Part shown: in pieces, positions 10,401 to 22,809 of the stretch | Numbering within the stretch: position 1 is the stretch's first letter | How the letters are laid out: each line of letters begins with the position of its first letter | Source of the DNA: Balanoglossus misakiensis | Lineage: Eukaryota; Animalia; Hemichordata | NCBI GenBank assembly: GCA_040954595.2 | Contig: CM082592.2 | Coordinates: 7,551,677 to 7,615,676 of the forward strand | Length of the DNA stretch: 64,000 bases | Direction: 5' to 3' | The notes under the pieces: model-generated | Database searches by the model: none | What the model saw: only the letters and a program-made list of their open reading frames with translations | Told to the model about the DNA's origin: nothing | Made by a program: the position numbers and the translations under genes

Positions 10401-13336
10401 GGTTGACTACTTTTCCGCCAACAACGGCAGCTCTGTGATCATCGTCAAGTATTTCTACCAGATTCTGAACGGTCTCAACGAGCTGCGAAACTCCGGTGAT
10501 CTCTCCGACATCATCCTGGTGGCCGAGGAGAAGAAGTTCTACAGCCACAAGGCTGTCCTCGCCTCTTGCAGCGACTACTTCAGGGCCATGTTTACAGGGG
10601 GTATGAAAGAGAGCATGTCCAGGCAGCCGGAAATCGAGCTTCACGGTATCTCGGCCAACGGCCTGGCTACCCTCCTGTCGTTCCTGTACACGTCCGAGCT
10701 GAATCTGTCCCACACCAACTTCGAGAGCGTCCTGACCGCGGCCAGCCATTTCCAGATGGAGACAGCCCTGGATTTCTGTGTGCACTACCTGCAGTCGGAG
10801 CTCGGGGTGGAGAACTTTCTTGATCTGGTCAGCGCCGCCACCATTTACAGCCTGCTGGACAGATTTGTGGACGACGAGAGAACGGTGGACACCTTCATGG
10901 CTGTTTCGCGGGCGGACGTGAACCAGATCATGCAGCTGTCCGTGCACCAGATGAATGCCTTCTTGAAGAGCGAAAAGCTCAGCCTGTACCCTCCCCTGCA
11001 AGTTTTCCTGCTCTTCCACAAGTGGATCCAGTACGACCCGGAAAACCGGCTGTCGAGCACGCAGAAGCTGGTGCCCCACATCAACTTCTGCCGCATGCTG
11101 CCGGAAGACGTGATCGACATGGTGCAGAGCATCGACTTCATGACCAGCGACCTGTCCTGCCGGCAGCACCTGCTGGAAGCCATGAAGTTCCACGCGCTGC
11201 CGTACCACGTCATGACGGACGGCTCCATGCCGTGCGACGAGGAGGTGCTCCTGGCCACGGGCGGCACCGCAGACAACGCCTACACGTGCAGCCAGATGTA
11301 CTACTTCGACACGGAGCTGAACGACTGGCACGTTCTGGCCGACATGCCCATGGAGCACATCGCCTACAGCGTGGTCACGCTGGATAACTTCCTCTACATA
11401 GCCGGGGGCGAAGACCACGACTGTTACGAAACGGACCCGATGGGGTGCGAGTACACCACGGACGCGGTGTACAGGTACGACCCGCGATTCGAGAGGTGGT
11501 CTTCGGTGGCAGCCATGCACGCCAAGAGAACCAACTTCTGCCTGCTCGCCTGCCAGGGATTTCTCTATGCCATTGGAGGGAGGAACGCCCTTCTGAGGGA
11601 TGGACTCGTGTCGGTTGAGTTCTACAACCCGATTCTCAACATGTGGGAGTACGGGACGTCCCTGCCCAGGCCGATGTACGGAATGGGCGGCTGTGTGTAC
11701 GACGACAAGATCTACCTCTCCGGTGGCTGCACGGATGGCTCCCTGTACTCCAAGAACTTGCTCATGTACGACCCGGCCACGCAGGTCTGGCAGCAGAAGG
11801 CGCAGCTGCCCAACAAGCGCGCCTGGCACACCATGGCGGTGGTCAGCGACCGCATCTACATGGTGGGCGGCCGCATCGTCAAGTCTTCCATGACCGTGGC
11901 CAGCGAGTTCAGCATCGAGTGCTACGACCCGGCCGCCGACCAGTGGCTGCAGTCGGTCGAGATCCCCTCCGAAGAGCTGATCACCAACCGCCTCTCCATG
12001 ACGGGCTACCGCAGCGCCGCGTGGAACAATTACATCCTGACGCTGCACGGCCAGTTTGCCATCGGCAACCTGAAGACCAGGAGGACCCTGCAGTGTTACA
12101 ACGTGGAGCTGGACAGGTGGGAGACGTCGCTGAAGCTACCAAGGGATGGCTTCCAGGAAGTCTGTACGCTGAGGGTGCCCAAACACATCCTGAAGGCAAA
12201 CCGCATTGCTGCAAGGGGTGAGTGTTGTACTAACCATTGTACAGGAACTCTCTGCAATTCTCCCAGCTTACTTAGGTTAATCTCGTGTTGCCCATATTTT
12301 TGCAGATACCACATGGCTATATTATGTCATTGGAGATCTTTGTTTACAGCAAAGTTGATTGGGGAATACAACAAAAACCGATGTTATAATAAGTCAACTG
12401 GAATGTATGTTTGTTCCTTTTGTCCCTGATACATCACACTTAAAACTATAAAAGAGTGACTCCCATTTTCATTGTACCATTTTAAATATTTTGAGATCTT
12501 CAGTGTGACGCATGCAAATGTTGTGATTTGTTTGTCGCCTCACCAGGAGATCTAGGTGACTATGTTGCGTCGTCGGTGGCGTCTTCCAGAAGATCGTCCA
12601 TTTGTCAGGAGGATCTGGAGTCGATACTCCCGGACTCGGAGACCTCGTTCAGTACGAGCCAGCACGGTGCTATGGTTCTGGGCGGATTGGGGGAACTGCG
12701 AGAGTACGACATGTTGTGTGACATGACCCTGAACGTTGGTGGGTGCCAGTTCCCGGTGCAGGGTGCCCTCCTGGCTGCTGCCAGTGATTTCTTCCGCAAC
12801 ATACTCTGTCCACCAGGTGTGTATTTTATGCCATATATGATATATGCAGATTATGGGGGCGATTTCTAACTTGCAAATTGTATATAGGAAGGTTACCTTC
12901 TCAGGTAGAGGGGTGATCACTGGTCAGATCAATCACCCCAGAAGAATTGTTTTGCCACCCTTGTTTAATACAGATGCCCATTTGTTATCTTCAAAATCAA
13001 TAACAACCAGACGTTTAGATGGCAAATTTTAATGCAGTGTATTTCTTGCGTGCAGGGGACAAAAAGATCAGCCCCGACGACGACAACAACAAAGAAGTCA
13101 AGAACTATCCCCCGGTGAATGGCGTCATGGCAACAGTGCGTGGCTCACAGAAGGAGCTCCAGCTGGAGGGAATGAGTGCGACCGAGCTGAGGAAGTTGCT
13201 CGACGTGATGTACTCGACCACCCTGCCGGTGGACAGTCAGATCGACCTGGACAGTGTGAAAGAGACCGCCAAGAGACTCTCCTTCAATTCTGTGGTGGCC
13301 ATGTGCAATGATATAGAGGAGCTTAGGATGAACTAA
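5969..13336 (+). CDS. Kelch-like (KLHL-type) protein, ~1301 aa: partial BACK-Kelch x6-BTB-BACK-Kelch x6-BTB
   Basis: Exons 5969-7448, 10343-12217, 12547-12816, 13056-13336. All three introns are phase 1 (AAG|GTAAGT...TAG|, GGG|GTGAGT...CAG|, CAG|GTGTGT...CAG|), giving a 3906 nt open frame. Kelch motifs (VYVAGG, LFAVGG, LYISGG; LYIAGG, LYAIGG, IYLSGG) and BTB motifs (HKAVLASCSDYFRAMF; QGALLAAASDFFRNIL) are present. Confidence 0.85.
8687..8805. mobile_element. Short interspersed repeat / piggyBac-like MITE (TTAA-CCCTT end)
   Basis: Begins ttaaccctttcac and ends with degenerate gtgaaaggcctaa. About 60 bp are near-identical to 58448-58508 (gttcagtccaaacccattgtttt-ctatg...ttggacctctaaag). Confidence 0.6.
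10343..12217 (+). CDS. KLHL gene coding exon 2: BTB-BACK-Kelch x6
   Basis: Canonical KLHL module. There is no in-frame ATG before the BTB. Acceptor AG at 10341-10342, donor at 12218. Confidence 0.92.
12547..13336 (+). CDS. KLHL gene coding exons 3-4 (12547-12816, 13056-13336): C-terminal BTB domain
   Basis: HGAMVLGGLGELREYDMLCDMTLNVGGCQFPVQGALLAAASDFFRNIL...ELQLEGMSATELRKLLDVMYST...AKRLSFNSVVAMC is a BTB/POZ pattern. Confidence 0.8.
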
Positions 13337-15159
13337 GCGGGGTGGTTCGCAAGTGTGATGTCAAATTAGTGGTTCTGGATCCCCCCTCCCCCTACAAGTG
13401 TCTAAACTGGACACTAAGCAAGCAGAGAATTTCTTTTAGGGTCATAGGAACAAGTAGATTTTTAAGAAGTTTTTGGAGCCATGCGCGAAAAAACAACAAA
13501 ATAAGTGTCACACAAAGATGTGTGTTCTCTCTGCGGAAGATGCATTCATTTCACAAAGATGTAGCAAGACCCTGTCGTCACCTTGCACCTGATGATTTCA
13601 GAGCATTGAAAAACTCCCACAGCTTTGCTTGAAAATCCCTGTGCAGTTTTCTGAATTTTATTGACAAGGAGAAGCAACAGCATAGTCTAGGCTAGAGTTC
13701 AGCTTTCAGTTAATCATAACATTTGATACGGTGCTGCCATTGATTATTTCTCGAGGCGTGCGTTGCCTTAGATGTAATTGTGTTTGGTGTGGAGGTTTGG
13801 TGTAGATGTTAATTTTGGCAGTAGATAGAAGTAGATTGGAAAGAAAAGAAATATTTACATGTACAGTTTGCAGTTTTCTTCATGTTTGCAAATAATGACA
13901 TTTGAAAAATGAAATTTCATTTTGGGGTTTATGTCATAAAAGCCACAGGCAGTTGAGCTTTTGTCTTTTTTTGGTGTCTGGGGATTTTTTGGTTGATTAT
14001 AACAATATTTATAGGATTGAAGTAATAAAAATCTAACAGACAGAAAATGACATTGTTTAATAATTCACAGAAAGAAGTCTACTTACAAGATGATTAAAAG
14101 TAATTGTCAGTCTCTGTGTATCAAAAGTTGTCATTAAACAATAATTTTTCACAAATTTTCCTCTCATTCAACAGAACTGAAGAAGTTTCAAATTTAAAAA
14201 AAAATATTCCTTTGGTAGATAAGAAGGCCTTCAATAAAATATGAACTTATTTCTTGGTTTTGATAGCACATAGCAAGCCAACGGTGGCAATAGTGCTTCA
14301 GTTCAAATTCCTGATATTTTAGTCATTAGGGCAGTGCAAAATGTATTTGAACAGAACTGTGTTCCTGCAAGTCGTAGACTCTTTAGCTGGTCAGAGTAAA
14401 CAATATAATCAAAGCTATTTTTGTATGCTGTACGAAATGATTAATCTGCTTGCAAAGTTAAAAAACTGAAAACCAGTTTGAGTAGTGTCGATAAAGAGGT
14501 AACTTGTATTATGTCGTTTTTTTCTCTCTATAAGACAAGATCTTAATATGTGCTGTGGTATGTCATCAATACAGTAATTTTTTCACTAACCTCTCTAAAT
14601 ATTTATTGTATGCATCCCGTTTTCTGTAAGTCTGTGACTAGAGGAGTTCCAACCCCCGTTGTGTTCAACTTTATGGTCTTTACCATAGAAAAAGAATAGA
14701 TTTGGACCATCATCTTTTTTTTCAAGATAGCCTTGTAAGTGTGTGTTTCTTTTTCCATTGACTGCCAATCATACGTAATTAATGTTTTGGTTTGGTTAAA
14801 AAGGGTACATTACATTAACAGTGTTTCAACTGTTTGGTCAGTGTCTCACCTTGATGCAAAGTTTGGACTTTCATACAACTGCTGTTGTATGCATTTACTA
14901 TTGTGTAACAGGTAAATTGGTTTTGGGTTTCTTTGCCACTGAGGGCAGTCTCAGTCGGTTTTACACTTCAGAAGTGTGCACCGTCTCTTAGGGAGACGGT
15001 CTTTTGTCACTGGGGTTCACCTCTTGATGTTTCTGAAGTTATTTATAGATTTTACATATAAAACCATTTGGAATAACGGGCATTAATATAGAGATAATAG
15101 GTTAGTGTCTTTCACATAGAACTAGCTGTTAAAACAATTTTAATGCACATATATGAAAA

Positions 15160-15169
15160 AATAAATAAA
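15160..15169 (+). promoter_or_regulatory. Probable polyadenylation signal of the KLHL gene
   Basis: Overlapping AATAAATAAA at the end of a ~1.8 kb AT-rich 3' UTR. Confidence 0.45.
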
Positions 15170-15728
15170 AAGACTTCAATTGGCAGAGTTTAGTGCATTG
15201 ATTGTGCGTGAGATGAGAGACGGGATTGGTTGTGACATCCTTGGGTTGAGGATTATTGTGAATGCGAAAGGTTTCTTAGTCTACGTCTACACTGGACCCA
15301 ATCGAGCTAACATAATGAGAGTATTACCAATGTTCTAAACCTCGGTCCCTTTGATATTTGATATAGACTGGCAAGCAACAATGTGGCAAGGGGGATGTTG
15401 AAACTTGTATTAACAGCAATGACACACTCCCAATGTGACAAAATGTATTATAATATCTATTCATGGTACAAATCGTTTATATATACAAATATGACACCAA
15501 TAAAAATATTTTGAAAACAAATTCATTGTTCACAGTCTAAGGTGTCATGACACAGTATCAACACATGACAAGGGTACAAGTCAAGTTGAAGAAATGGGCA
15601 ACGTTTCAGATCTAGTTGTGTGTCATTTAATTGGTCACTCAAGTTTCCTTTTGAGTAGAAAAACACAGCCGTCCAAGGACACTGGTTCTGGTCTAGTTCA
15701 AGATGTTGTTGATGTATGATAAAATATC

Positions 15729-17377
15729 TCATTCTTGCTCTTGAAGGAACGTATCCTCCGCTGTTTGTAATACACCTGAGGCATCTTGCAGTTCACACTG
15801 GGAAAAAAGAATGAATGAAAGATCTCAGCATATGAGTTTGTAGAGAAAACTGTCAACAGCCACTTGTGCTGTTTTGGCCATTGTCTCATGTACTCTATAA
15901 CTAAATGAATGACTTATAAATTGTGAACTGCTAGGGTTCAGGCACATTTAGCCAAGACTCCGATGTTTGTATTAAAGAGACAATAACAAAAAGGCTTAAA
16001 GGGGCACTCAAGAGGTTGCCTTACCGATGGGATGGGATAAACAGTTGGATCAGGAGCGCCCTCTCTGCCGAAGTCTTCCATGGTACCACATTTCGGGATG
16101 TCATCCACCCACACGCCTTCAAACATTTGTCCTTTGTCTAGGTAGAAGAATTTCCCCGGTCCGTTCTTCTTGTCGTCCCGCCATGAACCTTCGTATCTGT
16201 TTTCATTGGCTGTGGTGTTGATGAAAGAATGAGTGGAGTGACAGTCAGTGTCTGTCTTAGAGGTCCTACTGTAGAGATTCCCTGCCAATACCGCCTGTCT
16301 AGCCTACAAGTCTGTTTTGTCGGTAACACTGGCAATTCCTATCCATAATATGTGTAACATCAGAGCGTATCAAACTATATTTTGTAAAGGGACTAAACAA
16401 AAAAAACACTTACCAAGCCTGAGCATCCCTTGGCCATTCCTCTGATCATCGTACCATTCCCCTTCATAGATGCTGTCATCAGCATAGTACATGCGACCCC
16501 AGCCACTTCTCTTGTCAGCATAGAATTCACCCTCATAGTATTCCAGTTCGTTGTAAAAGTGTGTTCCATATCCCTGAACAGACAAGCAGAAGTGTTGTTA
16601 GCATCTGCATCAACTATTTTTTGCTAGCTATTGCACTGTACATTAAGGTGTCATGACTCAGACTAAAGCACCATAAAAATGTTCTAATGAACAGATATTT
16701 ACAGTGTTGTGTCACATGTAATTATTGTTATTACAACGTACATGCCGCTTATCGTTCTTCCATCCTCCTGAATATTGCTTCTTGAAACTACCGCCCTCTC
16801 CTGGCATACTTAGAGTACCAAAACCATTACGTTTTCCATGTTTCCAGTCACCATCATAGATCGCCCCAGTTTTCTTCCATTTGTTTGTACCCTTGCCTGG
16901 AATTCAACAAGGGATGGATTAATCAGGATACGCTTTGACCCTAGCTGTTGTAATGATGGTCAGGGTATACATGTATCTGGTAATATTCTCGTGTGTTTTG
17001 GTAGGCCCCTTCCTACTATGCTCCATGGTACCGTGACGTAACATACACAGATGTTTCCATGGCAAAGTGTCTCTTCGTTAACGTACATGTATTTCATTAT
17101 TTTTAACAGCATCTCCATACACCATGTAATTGTAGTAATAGAAATGAATGCTACCTTATTTCATGCAATACTAAACAATCTGATCCGATTATTGGTCGAG
17201 TGGAATGAACATGAACATTGATGGAGACTTACCATGTTTTTTATTGTCAAGCCACTCCCCGATGTACTCATCGCCGTTCACTGAAAACACGGTCTTGTGC
17301 AAACCCTTCTTTTGTGCCTTATAGTCCCATTCCTTCCAAAGAGGTTGCACTTTCTTGGGGTGTTTCAAGTGTGGCAT
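15729..17377 (-). CDS. MORN3: MORN repeat-containing protein 3; 237 aa, 5 exons
   Basis: Exons 17377-17233, 16896-16742, 16573-16414, 16209-16025, 15797-15729 (714 nt, phases match). N-terminus MPHLKHPKKVQPLWKEWDYKAQKKGLHKTVFSVNGDEYIGEWLDNKKHGKG plus YxGxWxxxxRxGxG MORN repeats match vertebrate MORN3. Confidence 0.93.
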
Positions 17378-17590
17378 TTTTGAGAATAAATGAAGTCCAA
17401 GAAAATAGTGATACAGTCAACAGCTTCTGCAGCGCACTGCAGGCGTTCGGCACCTATTTGTGCAGAACTATGGAAATCAACTTATCCGCCTCAATAATCT
17501 CCAACAGATATCCCATCAAATATCACAGGAAATGCTCGATCTCGATACCACGACGCAAAAATTCGGAGACCCCGGGTGTATTTCTCCGTT

Positions 17591-17660
17591 GTAAACACAA
17601 CTCGACTTCCTAGATCAGCTTTCGTTCATTGCGCCTGTTGTTTGCGCATACCATGGCAAC
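17591..17660. promoter_or_regulatory. MORN3 proximal promoter: forkhead-type GTAAACA and RFX X-box-like CCATGGCAAC
   Basis: GTAAACA at 17591-17597 and CATACCATGGCAAC at 17647-17660, 210-280 bp upstream of the ATG. This pairing is typical of motile-cilia genes. Confidence 0.5.
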
Positions 17661-17755
17661 CTTTCCCACAATGCAATGCAATTTAACCCTCTAACTTATT
17701 CAATAAATTCACAAAGAAAACCAACCACTCGCATTGAAAGATTAAAAGGTGCATC

Positions 17756-17761
17756 TTTATT
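17756..17761 (-). promoter_or_regulatory. Probable ORAI polyadenylation signal
   Basis: AATAAA on the minus strand at the end of a ~1.2 kb AT-rich UTR. Confidence 0.45.
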
Positions 17762-18228
17762 CCAATAAATTTTTTTTGTAAATGAGTATAACTACCGAAT
17801 TGAGTTAAGTTGACAAAAATAAGAGTAAAGAGTGACATGAATGCCCAGGATATTTACAGTTTATTCTCGAACCATTCTCTAACCCTTTCATCCCCATGCT
17901 AGTAGTGATATTCTCTACACCATTGAAAACAAAAGGGCAGGTTGAAGTTCAAAAATGGAAAAGGTGTTTCGTATGAGATATATAAAAATAATATTTACAA
18001 AGACCTCTTAGCCAGATGTATGAAAATAGTTGAATGAATAGGGATAAGTGGGCACCAATTTACACACCAGTGGTCATAAATACTTTGAATATAGCTTCTT
18101 AATATGTTTTTAGGTTTGATCAAAAGTGAAGATTTTGAATTAATAAAAAACAGAAAAAACATAAGACAAGTCAGCCGTTTGCAATAAGGTTAAAATCAGA
18201 ATACTGGAAATGCTACGAGATTGAGTCT

Positions 18229-18257
18229 TCCCCCCCCCCCCCCCCCCCCCCCCCCCC
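18229..18257. repeat. Poly-C homopolymer
   Basis: About 29 consecutive C. Confidence 0.9.
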
Positions 18258-18982
18258 AAGTAAACATACTGATTTGGCAAGATTTTCAGAATTGTCATGG
18301 TAACAAAATACAGTATACATGTACAAAACAGTTTAACACATTTTATAATGTTGGCTAAAGCACCACATAAGGAATGATATGTTGCTGGCATAGAAATTAC
18401 ATATTTATTGCATCATACAAAGCAAAGCAAAATGGCCACAGTAACCAGAAACACTTTAAAATTTAAAAAAATTAAAACTTGTCATGGGCATAATTTTGCT
18501 CGGAAATGATATTGATGTACCAACTTTTCTTTGGTATGGGTTACTGACACTAAAAATAAGTCAAGCTCTGGGATTAATGAAATCTCACATCCCCATGTGT
18601 GAGAAATCTTATCCCAAGTCATAACATTGAAGTTCCTATCAATGTATTACACACTGCACCATTGGATAATTGTTCATCAAGGAATGTTTATTATCCTATC
18701 AGCACTTGTGTCATATCATGCTTTTTGAGTCTGCAAGAGCGTGGAATCAAATTTGAGACTTACAGTCTTGGTAGCCAGGAATGCAAGAAAATATGATCCG
18801 TACCTTTCTGTGGCTGAAACACTGCAGCTTGAAAATAGCTTGAGTGTAAAAACAAAGAATGAGTAAAATATCTTGCAGCCAGGGTACATAAATATATACA
18901 ATATATCATATTGTTTTTCAAGTAGAGCCATCAATGGTTCCAAATAGGGCTTATAATGCAAGGGGGAGATTTTTCACTACTG

Positions 18983-21900
18983 CTACACAACTTGTATGGA
19001 ATTGGTTGTGGCTGGTCCGCCGTCTTGCAACTGCAGCGCCATGTGTTCCAGCTCTTCCACGGTTTGGCTCGACTGCTGGTACTTGTGCTTGACCAGGTTG
19101 CGGTAGAAGTGCACGGCGAAGATGGAGAAGATGACCAGGCTGGGCACCACCACGGCCGTGGCGGCGATGGCGGCGTTGATGCTGTGCTGGTAGAACTTGA
19201 CCCAGCAGATGATGGCAATCTCGAAGATGAAGAGCATGATGCCGATGGCCGTGGAGCACGCCCAGGCCAGCTCGATGTAGCAGGCCATGCCGCTGTGCGG
19301 CGACTCCTTGACCGCCGTGATGCTGTGCACGTTGCTGACCGCCTCGATGTGCGGCAGGATGCAGGTGCTGATCAGGAGAGCGAAGAGGTGCACGACCACG
19401 AGCACGACGGTGACCACACTGAACGTCACCAGTAACGCGTCCGGGATTTCCTCGTCCAGCTGAACCTCAACCATGGCAATCTGTGAACAGAAAAGACAAG
19501 AAATTCACATTACTTCATCTCATCACCTTATTCAGTCTGTCATATGGGAAATGTCCGAATCATGGTAACAATATCCAGGGGGTGTAACCCTCTGATACTG
19601 TTTAACGAAAACCGGTGTCAACAATACATAGCCTACATGCACTACCCCTCTGCACACATAGAACTGCAATCCCCCCAACCTTGACTGAGCAATCTGGGGC
19701 TTACAGAAGAAAACTCCTCTACGGGTTGCCATGGTTTCAGACAAGGCCAGCAAATTAAAAACCTGCAATTATCTCTGGCCTACAGCTAGAATGGACTCAT
19801 CACTGCACCGATTGCAGCTGCCCCAGATCAATTTCCAATATTTGCCACAGATTGACTCCTAAAATTATTGATACGGTGCAGTTGCAAATTAACTGCTAGG
19901 GAATGGCCCTGGGCTGAATTGCTAAGCAGTGCCCATGACAACAGTTTTGATTTTTCCTATAAGGGGGTGTCCTGTTATAAAATACCTAGATTTGAATGTA
20001 CAACTATATTATACTGTTCATTTTAATAGCTAGAAAAAATTTCATGGAAAATAACACATGAACATCTAAGCAGATCAAAAGCAGAGTTGATTAATCCTGA
20101 ATATGGATGTGCATATGAAATTATCAATCAAGTCTTGTTTGACAAGGGCTTGGGGCCACAATGATAATCATGTATGTTTACCAGCATATCAATTCTATGC
20201 TAACAATGGAGAAAAAGACTTGTTAATTGATACAAAGATCTTCCACTTTCAGCTGGTAACCTCAAGATATAAAAGTACAGAAGTGGGGACCGATATACTC
20301 AACTCGATGCAAAGTGTCTAACTATTTTGTCAGCACCACAGTTGATTGTCTGACCAACAAGGTTACACAGCAATTTGACACAATCTGTCAGAATAATGGC
20401 AATAGAGATCTCTCCTAGATCCCCCCGACTGCTCTGTGCAAATCTGGGACTCTATTTACTCTGGCGCGTGTGTGCCAATAAGCGTTGTCAGCAGTCAGTC
20501 AATCTGTGTGATTGAAAACAGCATTAGCAAGGCATCACGAAGCCATAGTCAACTGTCAATCACAATAATTGATGAGCTCGACGAGGAAAATGCAATTCTC
20601 GTACAGCTGTGGGGAATTTATCCATCACAATTTCTTTTATCAAAAATGCAACCCCAGAAGAAAGTGCAATTATCACACATCAAAAAGAAATGGACATGTA
20701 AGAATTGCGTTTGGAGAGAATCAAGATTTGATCAGGGGTCAAAGGTGAAGCCCTGCCTGTCAACCGATGACACTGTCAAGTACCAAGGGTCAGAGGTCGT
20801 GACCAGCCAGTCACATCAAAATTACTGATGGGACTTGCTGCAATAATGCAATGTCTACATTGAGGTGACCCACTTCTCTGGTAAATTGTTGCACTTATGT
20901 TTGAATTTGCAAATATTTGAAATTGCAAATATGTGTATAGTCATTGGCTAGAAAAAAAAACATTTTTTTTCCTAACTTTTAACTGCTGTCAATTTTAATT
21001 ATACACAATACAGTTGTGTAGCTGCACTGAATGCATGATTTTTCTATAAGTCACAAAGCCAATTTCCAAGATTAAAATTGATATGACACCGGGTGATTCA
21101 TCTCTGATCACACCAGTGCTGGAAAAAAGTAAGTGCTCGCATCTGTGCCTGGAGTTCTGTACAACACACAGCAAGATGAGTCTCTCCACCGAGGGACTGT
21201 GATCTTTTCAACCCATTATCCATACTGACACCGCTTAACAGTTCAAAATGCACTCTTCTGATCAGCACTGGGCTGAAAAGTGACAGGTTTGTCGACTACC
21301 ATGGCAAAGCTATTACAGAGATTGTTTATTTCAATTTACTTTGGTTCAGATTATCACTTATTTGGCTCGCAATCAACCAACCGGGGATGAACACTCATTT
21401 CCCACTGTTTGCTTTGTGCAAATGACTCCTTGATTGGATGGGCTGTCATCTGGATGGTGTTTTCAATTTCAATTTGCGCTCAGTCGCGGTGTTCCATCAA
21501 AATCATAGATTGCCCAAATCTGTCTCTGTTTGTCAAACTCCATGACAACGTAACATGATGCATGGGGGTTAAAGGTCATCTGGGATCGTTCATCATCGAT
21601 TGCAGATGCGATGCCTCTCTACAGACTCTCCATCAATTAAAGTCAGTGGCATCTTGTTGGATGAGAAAATGGCCACTCTAAGCTGGTGTACATGTATCAT
21701 CATATATGTAGAGTTACTGGTATATGTTTATATTCGCAATTGCCATACAAGTGAACAGTGCACCATTATGACACATTGTATTCTTGGAGGTGTCAGCAAT
21801 GAATACACTGAAACACCTGATATACCTCCCTGATCACGGTTTTAATACACCAACATCCTCATTAACAACGTCATTATAATGTTACAGTACAAACACAAGT

Positions 21901-22809
21901 GCTCTCTGAGCAAGGGTAGACTATCATAAGCTGATGATGCACACGTACAACACCTGAGCACAGTCATCAACTGTAATTGACACTGTACATTATTAAAATA
22001 AGGCAGATCCCACTGTTTTTCTCATGACACACCGTGTACTAGCGAAGCCCTATAAGACCAGGAAATTAAATTGGCCATGCCACCATTAATATGATGATTT
22101 TCAACTCAATTCTACAGAACTGTGTTCTGTGTCCACACAGAATATGACCGGCCATTTCAAAACAATAATCCCCACCAAATCAAATACATGTATGCTCACG
22201 ATCATATTGCCTGAATGTTGCATCGTTTGCCCTTTAATATTTTGTATAAACGTTTCACGTGGTTTGACTGGGGGATGTCAGGATAACCTTGGGTGAAAAT
22301 AGACATTGTATTGTGTCATTGCAACTGCCAACGAAATACCAGCACTGTCCAGCAGCCTGGCTGATACTCTGTCGAGTTCGATCAGTGCACACGTACCCAA
22401 GCTACTTCCGGGTTCGCAATCACAATGGCTAAAGAACTTGAGATGTGAATGTGTTGTTTTTTGCATGATATTTATTGTTCAAACCAGATGGTGCAGTACA
22501 TCTAGGCGAAGGAACCACGCCTTCCTACACATTATCCTGTGATATGCAAGCGTTGAAAGTGATCATCGAATACAACACCTGATGACCTACCAGTATATAC
22601 GCTTGAAGTAACGCAAGTCCTGCGAATGTGAGATCATCCCCATCGACAGGATGAAATATACATGTACACAACGATCACCGATCGTTGTTTTGACTTACCA
22701 TAGCAAAGCCCGACATAAGTGCCGATGTCCTGCTCGATGCTTTGAGTTTAGCGCGACTCAAATACAATTTCCTCCAAGACAAGGCTTGGACGGAATGTTG
22801 GTTGGACAT
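18983..22809 (-). CDS. ORAI: ORAI calcium release-activated calcium channel subunit
   Basis: Exon 22809-22699 ([37 protein letters not shown]) splices in phase 0 to 19480-18983 (IAMVEVQLD...[20 protein letters not shown]...ESPH...YIELAW...[10 protein letters not shown]). At least 202 aa; the true start probably lies further upstream. Confidence 0.96.

Noticed and set aside
10255-12048. 597 aa antisense ORF, plus 6092-6772, 18956-19435 and 59153-59770
   Set aside because: These are shadow frames opposite GC3-rich coding exons, with no recognisable domains.
5969-12429. Two independent Kelch genes, as the ORF track suggests
   Set aside because: A consensus donor at 7449 and a phase-matched acceptor at 10342 join them. 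The second ORF has no Met before its BTB, and its tail beyond 12217 is intron read-through.
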